64,000 nt of DNA from assembly GCA_977030845.1 (NCBI GenBank), contig OZ365110.1:44888001-44952000 (forward strand), in the 5' to 3' direction. A model generated the notes under the pieces. The model ran no database searches, was not told the origin of the DNA, and saw only the letters and a program-made list of their open reading frames with translations. Every line of letters begins with the position of its first letter. The first letter of the stretch is position 1. The translations under genes and the position numbers were made by a program. This document shows positions 26,150 through 38,999 of the stretch, one piece after another. Source of the DNA: Fimbriosthenelais zetlandica. Taxonomy: Eukaryota.

Positions 26150-26500
26150 CAAGGGAACAGACTTCCTCTTTATCTACCCCAGTCATGATCACTCAGAGCT
26201 CCAACCTCTTCCATTATCCGGGAGGATTTTGTTGAAAAAATGCCAAGAAGAAAGCATCATTGGCACCCCGAGGCGGTAAGAGATGTGAGGGTCGTCAGCA
26301 GTCCCAAAGGAATCCAAAAAAAGAGCATGTGCTTTAACACCTTTCTCTGGCCACTGCTTTCCCAATTATTCCCCCACCAAGCCATGGATATATATATGGA
26401 AGCCACTCTGCTAGATGGTCTTTCTCTCTTTCATAACCTTTGCCTGTCGGAACAGATTGGGGGGACGGGGTGGTAGTTGCCCTGCACATTATATAGCCTG
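26150..26500 (-). mobile_element. Decayed L1-like ORF2 C-terminal fragment
   Basis: VLKHMLFFW at 26340-26314 (cf. GTxxHMxWxC...FW), followed by CFLLG...KIL...W (cf. CLLG...AKKxIxxxW). Confidence 0.4.
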
Positions 26501-27399
26501 AGTATGCTGCCCTTTTCTATGCTACACAAATAGATCCCATGAGTGCCTCCCGCTTGTTGGCACTAAGTAAGTTAGGTAATATCCGCGCCTAGCCTGTAAA
26601 ACATGCTGCAAATGGCAGTGCTTTCTATGTCTATTGACCAACATCATCAGGGCCGATGTCGGGCAGGGATCTCCACCCTGAACGCCAGTAATTACATGAG
26701 AAAATGGGCTTTGATCAAAGTTCTCTTGTGAAGTGAGAAGGAGAGCCAGAGTAGGTCTACATAACTCCTGGGGCAGCTACTCCATTGCAAAGCACCCATA
26801 TATGACACCACAGTTCGACAACTGAAGCAGTAAAAAGATAGGTAGAAAGAATAATACAAAACAAGACTTGCTACACATGCTGAAAGATATGAATATTCTC
26901 ATATCCTCATTAAAGGTTCAGAAATATAAAGGGTAACTGATCTTACATTTAAGACTTTAAGATAAAACATCATACTTAATTATTCTCTTACATTATAAAT
27001 TCACTTTGATGCGGACATGGTAATGTATAACATGAGATATATAGGAGAAAAATAGTTTAAGAGACCGAGAACTTCTTTTAAGTTAAGAGACATATTAATC
27101 ATATCCATGCTGTGTATGCATGCCAAAGGACATGACAAAAATTCCATGAAAAGCCCTTTGTTCATGATTCCAGTAAGAATGGTAGGCTACATATAAGAGG
27201 TTATATCCAGGGATATACCCTCTTACAGGAAAGTGAACTACAATAACCTGTATCGATGTCATAAATCTGGGATAATGCCAAGCATTTCGTTTTCTTTTTA
27301 GAATCTCGGGCGAAACAAGGCATCGCTAGATTTATGTGCGGTGGGAAATTAGTTGCCATATTAAACCAAGCCCATATTGTTCCATAAGTATGATAATAT

Positions 27400-27680
27400 C
27401 CTTTACTTAATACATGTACTCACAATGGAGATGAGGGGGAAACATGCATTGATGATCAGTGGAAATGATAATTGCTTTATCACTGATTGCCTACTCAATG
27501 AGTGACTCAGGTCTGAATGAGGACATCATGCAGGAGAACTCTATTGAGGTTTCATTGAAATCATCTTCCACAGTAATCCTTTCCTCCTCCATGTTAAAAA
27601 CGACATCAACCACAGTAACAGAGGGAGGTAGTAAATCCCTCAAATGGAATTTCATGATAAGCACGCGTTAGGATCGAGCC
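27400..27680 (-). mobile_element. Decayed CR1/L2-like endonuclease fragment
   Basis: LLPPS...ITVEDDFNETSIEFSCMMSSFRPESLI (cf. YRPPS...IIxGDFN...FxxLMxSFxLxQLI). Confidence 0.5.
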
Positions 27681-28049
27681 ACATTTGTGTTAGTCATAAT
27701 TAATGGATGGAAAACGGATGTAGGGAGGTGATGTGTGCAATGGGCGAAGCCATTGTGTTTTCTTTTGCAGATTATTGATTCAGGCTTCAAAGCAACATAT
27801 TACATTCAAAAGACATACAGGAAGGTATGTTAGATTAAAGAAGATCCGGAGTCGGTGGAAGACTCAAGCAGCATAGATTATTATGTAAGAACTTTGTCTC
27901 AGTTACAGGGAGAGTTGGACAATCTGATTTTCTCTCTGCAGACAAGCCATATTTCTAGCCCTATCCCTAACTAGTCATAAATATCTACAACTCAAGTCAT
28001 CTCTTTTTCCTCAGAGTTCTACAAGGCAGCAAGCCCAAGGCATCATTTA

Positions 28050-28520
28050 ACCGACAAAGTGCAGTCCGCTAATGATGCAACATGAAAGAAATATTTCCTG
28101 GTGGATAGCAAATTGCCTGTTGAAATGGCTGAATATTTGTAAACCAATGCACGGTTGTAATTGCCTCCGTGCTTGCTGAGTGAATTGGGACTAACACCAC
28201 TCAACAATATCTCAATTAGGATGGGCAAGGCCTGCAGCATAATGTAGTGTGGTCTCTCATAGACTAAGCTTAAATGAGGTTAATATGTAGGGTAGGGATG
28301 GCTCGTACTTGTAGAACTTTAGCCAGAGGAAGATAATTAGAAGCAAGACGGTCCCGTATTCCCGAATATTACCTCAGGAATTAAATTAGTAAGTAACGAA
28401 GAGAACATAGCAATGCCAATCCTCTTTGATATTTACGATTGATGCGCCAAGGAAGCATCTCGGGGGACTAGTGGATCCATCACTTTCAAAGGATTCCAAT
28501 TTGTAGATGATGTTCCAGAA
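28050..28520 (+). mobile_element. Decayed LINE RT core (CR1/L2-like)
   Basis: EIFPGG*QIA (28088-28117, cf. GIFPxxWKIA), MRQGSISG from 28442 (cf. VPQGSILG) and FVDD at 28500-28511 (cf. F/YADD); frameshifted. Confidence 0.6.
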
Positions 28521-29549
28521 GCCTTTGCTCTCAAATTTTGAAGTCAGACATGTTTTTTCTCGGCTTATAACATTATATATGATTCTTGTAGAGTGTATGA
28601 CTATCTCCAGGGCATAGATTTATCTCCGTGGCATATTCGGTTGCAACCAAAATACATTACCATCTACATTGCTGATTCTCGAGACGAGACTTCTCTCTTA
28701 ATATGGTAATAGACCTATTATAATGCATGGTGAATATGATATACATTTTGTGATCATTGACCTTAGTAGGTCAATTATGAGCATGTGGAGAAGCACTTTA
28801 GGACATAATGGCGTCTTCACTATCGCTGAGCCTATATCGCAGAATACTCATGTTATCTTAAAAAGTCCTCTTCTATGGAGATTCTGTAATGCCAGAGGCT
28901 CTACTGCATCAGATTTATAGACGATTGCATCAACTCCCTTCTGAGATAGTCGCTTTTTTAACGGATAACTTTTTTCTCGAAAAGAACCTAATTACGTGTT
29001 TTTATTTTTAATTTCACTCGCATCACCTCGACAAGTCGAAAGAAATCTGAACGAGGCAAAGGCTCCATCACCTTCCGATTTCAGGGGAAATCAGAGTTAT
29101 CCAAATGATCAAAAATAATTATTATAGGGACCAGTTATAGAGGATGACATGTAGAATTATTAAAATGTCCCCTATTTCATATGATTCACACATAAATTCA
29201 CAAAAGACTGGGTTTAAGACTGGGTCTCTCCCCTGGTCCAACATGTTATAAATCAAGCTGCTGTGAATACATTAATTATAAGCCTTACCTATCCGATTAA
29301 CCCACTCTCTATATTACTTCCCTATATAATAGCTCTATTTGAAGTATGTTTTTGTCAAAGGCCAATCTTGCTAGCCATATGCAGAGTACAATCCTATAGC
29401 AACGAACCCAAACAAAGTGTAAAGGCCAAAAACCAACTGAATTTACCTTGCCAGATAACTATTATCGGTGCGCATTAAATGGCTGTACATGCCTACTGGC
29501 ATGTTCGACCCCTTGGCTGTTTTCTTAATCGATCTAAACGACCGCAGCA

Positions 29550-30450
29550 GCTACCATTGCCTCCCCAAGCCTAGTGAACTGGGCAGACTGTGATATGATC
29601 TGACATAAGTAGTAGCAGTGGCTTTTTCTACTTCACTCATTGGCACGCACTTTCCTCGTTGGAAATCATTAGCTACGATCGAGCATTCCCTACTGGCATG
29701 ATTCAGTTTAGAGGGAAAGTGAAAAAAGCCCCCAAAAAGTGAATGAAAAATACAACTGAATTTCCATGGCCTCTTTGTGACACTATCAACTAGGGAATGG
29801 CCCATATAGGCAAATGTATGTAGGCACAGAAAAGTATCAATTATCGGGCTTGCTACATCAGAAGCTTTCCTTGCAGTCTCTCCGTGAAAGTTTTCATCAA
29901 GCAGTCGCACTGATGATGTTTCATTCAGGGATTCAAGGGGGAGAATGAAGGGGATGGGGGGAACTTCTATGTAAGCACTCTCAAATGGAGATGGGCCGAA
30001 AAAAGGGTGGAAGGAGAGCGAAACATTTGGCCAATGGGGGTTCAGCTAACCTTTGATATCGTTTCTGGAATAGGATGCTTGCGTGACGAATGCTCATAAG
30101 CGAGGGCCAATTAGGCGGACAGCCTCTTCCAAGCTGGGACTTCATCAAGGTTAAGGCAGTGTAGGGCGTAAATATTGACGCTCACAGTGTGGAGCAATTG
30201 CCTTCATCAGTGGTGAAGATGTACCATGACCAGAGCATCAGTCTGCTTCATGAACCTGCCTCTTTCATCCACCCGACAATAGTGTCAGCTCTTTGCAGTG
30301 AAGGTCAGAGCAAATTATTGAGGATTTATGTCCCTCGGCCGTTAGCACGCCATCCAAGAGCCATTTGACTGCTTTCCTTCAGCTAATATTGGAGGGATAA
30401 AGGGAATTTTAACCGAAGAAACACCCCCTGCTGCGCACGGCAATCACTCG
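29550..30450 (-). mobile_element. Decayed L1-like endonuclease domain
   Basis: NGRGT*IL (cf. SRGVAIL), VSVNIYAL at 30185-30161 (cf. LVNIYAPN), and IIDTFL...GHSLV...RPWKF in ORF 29910-29551 (cf. RIDYFL...SDHxPV...WK(L/F)N). Confidence 0.6.
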
Positions 30451-31749
30451 ATCCAAATTCACGCTTGGTTCAATGGGGGGGCCGTTTGATGCCAATATGT
30501 CATACTCTGTTTCAGTTGTGGATGGGTTCGGTGCTTATCTTCAATTCAATGGTCAAATATGTATAGAGGAGTACAGACTGAGACGAATATATATATACCT
30601 GCACTCAGTTCAAATGAAAACACTTACGGGGTATTTCAAAGGTTATTTCCACAATAGGTTTCACCATAACATAACTGACGAATCACTGGCTTCCACAGCC
30701 AGTTAAACGCCACAATCAAAGGTAATCTCAGCCACATTAGGCTCTGTCCTTTGGTACAATTTCCAAATTTTTCTCTAATGATAGGGCCTGGCCTTGTGCC
30801 AGAGCTCAGGGATCAAAAGCAAAATGACATGTCCTTGACGTTTTCAGATCAATCACACTGGCAGAAATTGCTCGGCGAGAGTATTTTGTTACATTTAATT
30901 TCTAGTCTTACTGAAAGGTGGACTTCACGTCAGCTTGGGCAAGCTAAACTGTGGGCAGAAGTGTATGATTACCTCACAATGCGCCCCACCTTAAATCAAT
31001 CATTTTGTGGCAGCGATTGCCATAAATGCAAATAATTGCAACCGCACTATAATACAGGGGCTCGTAATGATACATTCTATCACATACTTGCGTACGAGCA
31101 AACATATCAATTACAAAACGCAAACTGAATGAGACATCATAGGATGGTGATATTTGATTATATAATAATCATATATCATATATTTCTTGATTTCATGTTT
31201 ACTTTGCCTGTAAGGGTTAATAACTCTCAGCCACGCGTTCCGCTGCAGGGATAGATGTACATCCTTTGGTTTACTTTCAATTCTCTCTACGTATCAAATG
31301 CACAGAGAACCGTTCCTTTCTATATATATTTTCGGGGGTAAAGGCATTAGGTGTATATATATATACTCCAGTGGCAGAACTGTGCGAACGTTAAGTAGGC
31401 ACCATATGTTTGACATATAGGACACCGCATACTGCCGAGTTCACATGGCACCCTGACTCATTTGTTATTTACCAAAACTCAAGGAAGTGTTTTCAGAGAC
31501 ATTCAAACCCTTTTTCATTGGGTTCTCGTGCGTAGAAAACATCCAGGCAAATAAACAGTAATATCACATGGAGACTTCCATTAGTTTTTCAGGCGTTTCA
31601 GTTTACATTTCTTGGACGTTTCATTATTGTCGATACACCCCTGATGTTTACTGTTGCCAAGTGTTGGTTAAGGATACAGATGTTATATACATGTATATAG
31701 GTAATATAGTACATTCAAGCTTTCAATGACATTATGGAGAATGCATTAG

Positions 31750-32800
31750 GCCTATGAGAGGCTGAAAATAGCCGCTTACGGAAAGCATTAAAAGCCAAAA
31801 CAGCATAACGGGGAAGCGTTTTCCTTTGGTAGAAGGAATAGCCAAGTTAAAAAGGCTTTTAAATCTATTCCCATCCCTTCAATTTATGGTCTTCCGCGTT
31901 GTGAGTGCGGATATTCAATCACGGATGGAGCCTTTCAAAATTTTCCCAGCTGTTGAACAATTGTAAGAGAGCACGGCTGAAGCAACGTCGATAGTGTTGA
32001 ATTATTTTGCTATCGGCATGATGGGCAAAGGCAGAGAGGCAGAAAGTGTAACTTAAATCTTATTAACATGCTTGGGGTTTTCCATTACAGATCTCACAGA
32101 AATTCAATATGATTTTTGATCACCAAAGTCCACAGTAATCAGCTATGGTCCTAGTCCAATGGATGTTAATTTGTGGGGTCATTTTCTACCAGAATGGGCT
32201 GCTTTAGTGTGTGCGGTTCCGTTGCCTGGTAGGCACCCGCCATTAGATGGTTTGGCTCCAATCCAGTATAGGGTTTCCCTACCGCTAACTCGGTGCGTGC
32301 CGGCGCAAACCATTATCGACCTCGAGGCTGAGTATCCAAATCCTGACCTCCTAAGCCGCAGGGAATGTGTAGCTGCAAAGTAGATCGGGTTAAATGTGCT
32401 CCGAACTAAGCAAACAGCCAATTAATCATCTCCAAAGTAATTGATACGCATGTAAGCTCTCTTTCACTATGTATTTGTGTAAACAGACTTAGAGTGTTAT
32501 CTTAAACATTACTGATCGCATATGTCTAAAGTATGTCGGCCACATTTTGTCTGCCTGCCTTAGTTATCTAAAAGAAGACTTTCTCTCAGAAATATATTGC
32601 AGGACTATTCCTTTCTCCTTAGCATACCAGGCTTCTTATATCTTTGATAATGCAAAATACCAGCATCCCAAATTGACAGCACTGCAGTGTGCTTTTTCCT
32701 GAATGAAAGTCCAGAAAGGAACTGTAATAAATGAACATGGTGGATCCTTTTAACACATTCCTGTACCTTGTCAAGGAGCAGCAGCGACATGTGTTAAGCT
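31750..32800 (+). mobile_element. Decayed L2-like LINE RT relic, probably interrupted around 32100-32450
   Basis: SRLRKALKAKTA (cf. SGFRKxHSTETA), QVKKAFKSIP at 31843-31872 (cf. DLxKAFDxV) and SHMSKVC at 32517-32537 (cf. xHIxKVC). Confidence 0.55.
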
Positions 32801-33249
32801 AACCTCCAATATAAAATCACGACATGAAGGGTATTTAATCATCAACTTCATGCTTACCCTGCACGTCTTTTAAAGGAAAGGCACCAGCTGCTCGGGAAAT
32901 AAAATTTATGAACAGTGCATTACACCAACCGGGTTAAAACATGTTCTCACGGCTGTGAAGAAGGCCAAGGATATCCTCCAAGCACCCATCTATGCATCAC
33001 AACAAGTCGCGCCGCCGACAACATAAAGCCAGCTTAGATCGCCCAGGCCTGTGGCTTCCCAGTGGCTTCCTATCGGTCAGAGATTTAATGTCCCGTCAGT
33101 TGCAACTTCATGTCAGCCTCCAGGCGCAATGCTGGAGGAACAACTGCCTCCTCGAGTGTTCCAGCTCGGCATCCATAGACTAGCATATAATCACCTGGAC
33201 TATGGGAGCGGTCCGAGGAAAAGGTAATAGTTTACAAAGGAGATGTTTA

Positions 33250-36200
33250 CAGGACATAGCAGATACTTGTGTTCATTGCACTTACTTTAGAAGACATCCT
33301 TGCCTTGTTGAAAAGAAACCAGGCTCCTGCCATTTGTAACCATCTTGAGTACCTTGTTCTCCACTAAAGTAACACATGAGGTTAATGTGATAGGCCACTG
33401 GAAGACTCTGATGAAGTGCCGAGGAGTGTGGTCCAAATGCCTGAGAGTCGCATTAAAAAGCCAAGTGATAACAGTATTGGATTTGCCATTTTGCATTTAA
33501 ACAAATCAAGAGGCTTTTTTTGATTAACACAAAAATGGAATCCTGTGCCAGTTCAGGCAAATTATTCGCTGACAAAGGAAGGCTGCACATGATCAATATC
33601 CGAACTGAAGCAGATAATGAAAATTAATTGGATTAATCAGTTCCAACAACCCAAAATGATCCTCTTGGATGTGGGGCAATGTTCGGTAAAAAAGAGAATG
33701 ACAATAAAAGCTGCTGTTTCGGGGGAGAAAGAATCGATTCATAGATACAGTGTCAGGGGGCAGTTACATGCATCCTTCTACTACTGTTTTATGTTGAGAG
33801 GAGCTCGAATGTTTAGGCTCTGTGCTCTGCCAGGTCAATGCGTTCCTAGGTTAAACCTTTTTCTCATCAATTGGGGCATAGGGAATGTTCATCTGTCTGA
33901 AAACATGTGTCTGCAGACATGATCAGTTCAGCATCACCAAGTGTAATTCGTGCGAGAAATTACTTTAAACATGACACCAGTGTACTTAATATCACCAAAA
34001 AACTAAAACCGACTGTGTGTGCTGGGGCGGCAAAGAACAGGTGTAAGTTACTGTGGAAGCTATTGGGAATGCTACAGAGAAATGATGCCTTCCAAGGTCT
34101 GGGCAATGGTATTAATGGTAATTGAGACGACCCACTGTGTGATGTATGGGAGGCAAGCTATCTGCTGGGTTGTTATGCTTTATGATATTTCGCCAAGCCG
34201 CATGGCTTCTGGGGTGGCTTCGTGATGTTGATTTCATAGGGCTTATAGGCCATCCCACAGGGCTGGGTGGTGGACCGCAGGAGGCCCGTGCAACTAACTA
34301 GCTAACACTTCAGCACTTGTGTGAATGATCGGCATATGACTGGATTTTTCTTCTATTACACAGCAGCTACAGTATATCCTGTAAATATCCCGCCATGTAT
34401 CCAACCGCCAATAAAAATGGAGTGGCTTTTAGAAGGCCTTGCTCGTAAATTTCCACCGCTTCGCTGGGAGATTTTGAATTAAGTGTTATTTTAACAAGAA
34501 CAGTCAGGAAGGAGTTAGTTTACGTGACTTCTTTTAGTTTGTCTAACTTTGTTTTCACATGGGAACCAAGAGGCATATACGCGCTGGCCAAGCCATATAT
34601 ATGCAGTTTTACATGGACCCTGTGCGCCATAGAAAACTCGAGGGAAAAAGTGCACGGGGTTGAGGGGGCTATATATGCTCTGGGGTCGAGGTGTCCAGAA
34701 AGGGGGAGCTCCTGTAGTGTGGTAGACGCCGCTCAAGGCATATTATCTCTTATACAGAGCCTAGGTAGTGATTGATCGAGAGGGATCATGTACAGATCAT
34801 GTCACTCCATGATTTTCTTGCTTCGTATCCACCATTACCTCGGAGCTTTATGGTCCATATCATAAGTGGGTCTCAGTGCCACTTCTATAATTTGATTGAT
34901 GCATCATTTTCCATGCAGGAGGAGTGTACATTAATTTCGATAAGCGGTGATGGGTAGCCAGGGCCGGCTGTCCGAACATCTCATAGACTGGTCCATCCTA
35001 ATGGAAAACAAATCGCGGACATTTTCGGGATAGACAAGTTCCCGGATATACCATACATTTCTATGTGTGAATCCAACGTCCTCGGGTTTTCCCATTGGGA
35101 CATGTTGACATGGATTTGCTCTCGGTACGTAAAAACCATATTCAGAATTCATTCAAGCACAGATCCAGAGGGACTATCAGAGAAAATATGGAGGAGTAAA
35201 GCACTCTGATATGTGCGTTAAATAATATGGCATTCTGGGACCTCATATACAACACAGATCACGCCTTCGAGTAAATGGATCTTGCTTTGCGGCCAGATCC
35301 CCTCCTAAATATGATCATTCGTAAGGGTCACTCATGGATCAAGGTATCTGGGTCAAAGCTGGGTGGGGGAGGTTTTTGTAAGGAGGGGATTTCTAGGGTC
35401 TGGGAGGTTACGACCCGTGGCCCTACAGTGTTGTTATGGTGTCGATGGTGAGGAATGATAGATGCATGTCTACTTCACCCCTGAAGCCTCGGAGCACTCT
35501 TCCCCTGTTTGGCATAACAACACACAAAGCCAGACGAAGATGAACGACACAGGTGTGAGATCTAGGTGTCTATGATCTATAGTGCTTCCTACTCGTCATA
35601 CATCAAGGTCTGGCGAGGAAATGAATATGAAAATGTTTCCGGTCTTGAGTCCACCTTTTCAACACTCCAACCCGACCAGAAAAGGTCAATGGATTGGGTT
35701 CCCTCAGCTAATAAAAGTTTTCACTGTTACAATCTTGTCTGGAACCATGTCAGGAAGTCACAATGGCTCAAATCTCTGGAAACAACAAGGCACGAGGTCT
35801 TAAAGACATTCAAGGGTTTTTAAAACATTATCATTTGCTTTATCGCCCAGAGATCACACCCAAACACCTGTTATTGCACTTTTTGAAAGCATGATATTGA
35901 ATTAATTGAAATTGGAATCATCAGATGAGCCTAACTCTACACCTTTTTAAACGTTTCACCATGCGGGTGTTCCCATAGCTTTAGATTTCAAATCTTTACT
36001 CGGACACGTGTTTACTATAGAGAAACAGTCCTTTAAGGCTAACCATATGTGCTGGTTAACTGAGATCCAGGACCACATGCATAGGGTTGACTCCCCAACC
36101 ATTCATCAAACGCTTGGGAGGGTTTCAGTCCGACAGGGACCTGACGTCACTTTGGGTGAGCCTGCTTCAGAAGTCATTGAGCAATTAGGTACAAGGTATA

Positions 36201-36900
36201 TCTGCTATTTTAGAGCATCGCTCAAGTTCAGACAGGTGCCAAGGAAGTGTACATCGCAACTCTTGGTGAAGACATTTTTGAAGTTATATCCATTCATTGC
36301 TAGAAATAGACTTATTTACCATATTACTAAATTTTATGGCTATCCCACCTTGACTATTTTCTATTTAGACTTCAAATGAATTCCAAGGATTCGGAGTCCA
36401 AGGGTATTGATAAGCTGCACCTGTGACTGATGTTGATTCAATTACACGGCAACAGAATGCATCGAAATACTAATAGCATACTAGGCTCTATATCATTGGC
36501 ATATGTACAGACTTTTGCAATGCATCGCAGACACAGCGCATACACAAATCGATGGGTATGCATAATATCCAACCCAGAGGCATTGACATTCACAGATCTA
36601 TGAAGATTTTGTTTTTCTTGGGAGAGGATAATCCAGCAGTTCCTTGAAAGGGAACCCGATACTTTGTTCAGATGATTACTGGCCACATCAACAATATCAT
36701 TACCAAAAGAAACTGACCTTTGTTTTCCTATCATATCAATGAAAGAAAGGATTTCAGGGAAGGTCAAAGTTTGAATCCTGGAATTGTTACAAAATTGGAT
36801 GGACCATGACCTTTTGTCTGCTATGCTGACAAGAAAGTGAGACATTTTCAAAAGACCATGAGGTATATCGGTACGATGGTCGGCTAGTTCGTCCCATGAG
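33250..36900 (-). mobile_element. Decayed L1/Tx1-like LINE, most of ORF2 (about 36400-33250) with possible ORF1 remnant upstream
   Basis: Collinear: SCDVHFLGTCL (36261-36229, cf. DIxFLQETH), HCDF (cf. GDFN), IDLFW...TF, AGPG near 34965 (cf. PGPDG), SIYSPLNPV (cf. YRPISLLN), GWPISP near 34250 (cf. QGCPLSP) and IKYTGV at 33990-33973 (cf. IKYLGI). Confidence 0.62.
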
Positions 36901-37589
36901 ACCAAAGAATGTCTCTCGCGAGATAAACAATTGGTTGTTTATATTACCATATTAATTTTGTAAGGATGTTACATAGGCAAGGAATAATTGTCGAATTGAG
37001 GCCACTGCTTTTTGGCGAGTCTAGCTAGTCAGTCCAAGAAAATCTCTAGGGTTTGGTGACCTTCTGAATTGACTTGACCTTAAGGCAACAAAAGCAGACA
37101 TCACCTGACCATTGGCTGTTCGCGTGAATTCTACCATCAAGGAAGTCCACCTTCCGAGACCAGACTTTCCCTTGTTGATTTCTTTATAGGTAGCGAGTTC
37201 CCAATATGGGAGGGACCTGGGACCAGTTGAATTTCCTATTTTTGGATGGCATTCAAATCACTCAACTTTTCCAATAGATTCTAGCCAAGTCCTGTCGACA
37301 AGTCATGCAATCTGGACTTGTAGCTTTAAAAAATACCTCTCCCAATCTGTCTGTGGCATAGAACACTTGACACAGATCACTCATTCACTCAATCAGAGCC
37401 TTGCGTTCCGAATTTGATTGAAGAGAGAAAGTAGCTTTGTAGATATACTGTGGAGGGGAAGAGGAAAGGCTGGGAAAAATGAATAGGAAGGTGAATGAGG
37501 AAGTAGGGAGAAATATGGGAGCGACGGGGCTGAATCCTCAGGTCTTGGAAGCTTCAAAGCTGGTATAGGCATGACAAGAAGAATCAAAG

Positions 37590-38620
37590 TTTGGATGGTT
37601 TCCAGTCAAGGATACAAGCCAGGTGACATACATGCAAATGACTCCAATTCCATCATCAGTTCCTATTGCTCTTTTTCAGCCACAATATCAAACCCAATGG
37701 GAGGTGCATGCTCAGCAAGACCTAACTTGAGCCAGATAATTCAATTTTCCTCAGCAACATATGTAACCAATGATAGAATGATGAATGTTATAAGTGAATA
37801 CATATTTGAAGAAGTAACATTAGATCGTTGCCAAAACACTCAGACATGTGTGTTTCATATATTTGCATACTATTAATTGTTAAATATATGCAAAATTAAT
37901 GAACGGCCTCAAACGAAAATAAACTTCACTGCCTTGTTATTTCTCCAGACGAAGTTTATCCAGACATCTAGACAATTCACGGTCAGCAAAAAAAACTATA
38001 AAGGAACTTCCGTTACTTCAAGGATATATGGAAAATTCACACATGAATTGTATTCGCAGACAGTACCAAACAAAGCAAAACTTTTACTAAAAAATCAAAA
38101 GATATCCAGTGATGATGATATAGATGATATCATCGTGCTTTAAATTTCTAATGCTCATCACGCGAAATGGACCAATGGCTTTCAACAGTTCCTGGACCAA
38201 TTCCATGTTGCAGCAAAGGTAGCTGGGCAGGTGAACAAGTGGGTAGGTAGGCAGGTCAGACTGATGAATCATGGGGATACTATGACGCCCACTCAGTGAA
38301 GAGGATAGTGACTTTACCATTATGCTCCCATAGCGATCGATTCAACCGTACAAAAATCAATCATTGGCTTAGATGAACATACATAAATAATGCAACCGAC
38401 CTGCCCGGGATTGCAATTAATATCCACCTTTGGAGAAAAACAAACATGCGTTTGTCCAATCTTGATGTCGAGTAGCCAGCTTTGTGATGATATGTTCCCA
38501 AAGTATGATGGCTATAAATTTTGAATCATGATTAAGCGAGCACATGTGTGGTAGCATTACCAAGGGGCATGGTGTTGCATCCCAGGAGATGGGCTTTGCC
38601 TCGAGGTATAGAGAATTACT
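37590..38620 (-). mobile_element. Decayed L1-like fragment (endonuclease end to RT start, internally deleted)
   Basis: IGPFRVMSIRNLKHDD in ORF 38320-38087 (cf. GPGxWKxNxSLLxD) and ELMMELESFACMSPGL at 37664-37614 (cf. ELxxALxxMxxxKSPGxDG). Confidence 0.5.
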
Positions 38621-38999
38621 ACAAAGTGGCTTCAGTTTGCAATCATAAGTTTGACATCCTATTAATTCTCAGGATAGCGATGAACATTTTTCATGTCCCG
38701 TGCAAGTTCCAATTCAAGTCTTAGTAAATAATAACAAGAGCCTTAATATTTGCATATTTTAGACGGTAAAAAGTTTGATTTAATAGGTCTAACATTTATG
38801 TTGCCATGTAATGCGTGCAGTTGACATTTGCTTATTACAAAAATGAAAAATGACGCACTCAGTGGTATCGTGCTATGAATTATCCAGAACGTTTACATGG
38901 AGCACTCAATACAATAATCAATAAAGGCTAAATAATCAATAAACTGAACCCTTGTATTTCATTGAGATATTACAACTGGATATCAATCACACAGTAATG

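Noticed and set aside
27771-27824. 54 bp open plus-strand segment with strong acceptor and donor (IIDSGFKATYYIQKTYRK)
   Set aside because: No homology recognised and no coherent partner exons; expected occasionally by chance in 55 kb.
36008-36379. 123 aa plus-strand ORF
   Set aside because: Antisense shadow of the L1 endonuclease start.
36438-36905. 155 aa minus-strand ORF as a host or nested gene
   Set aside because: No family motif. It sits directly upstream of an L1 ORF2 relic and is better explained as an ORF1 remnant or chance.
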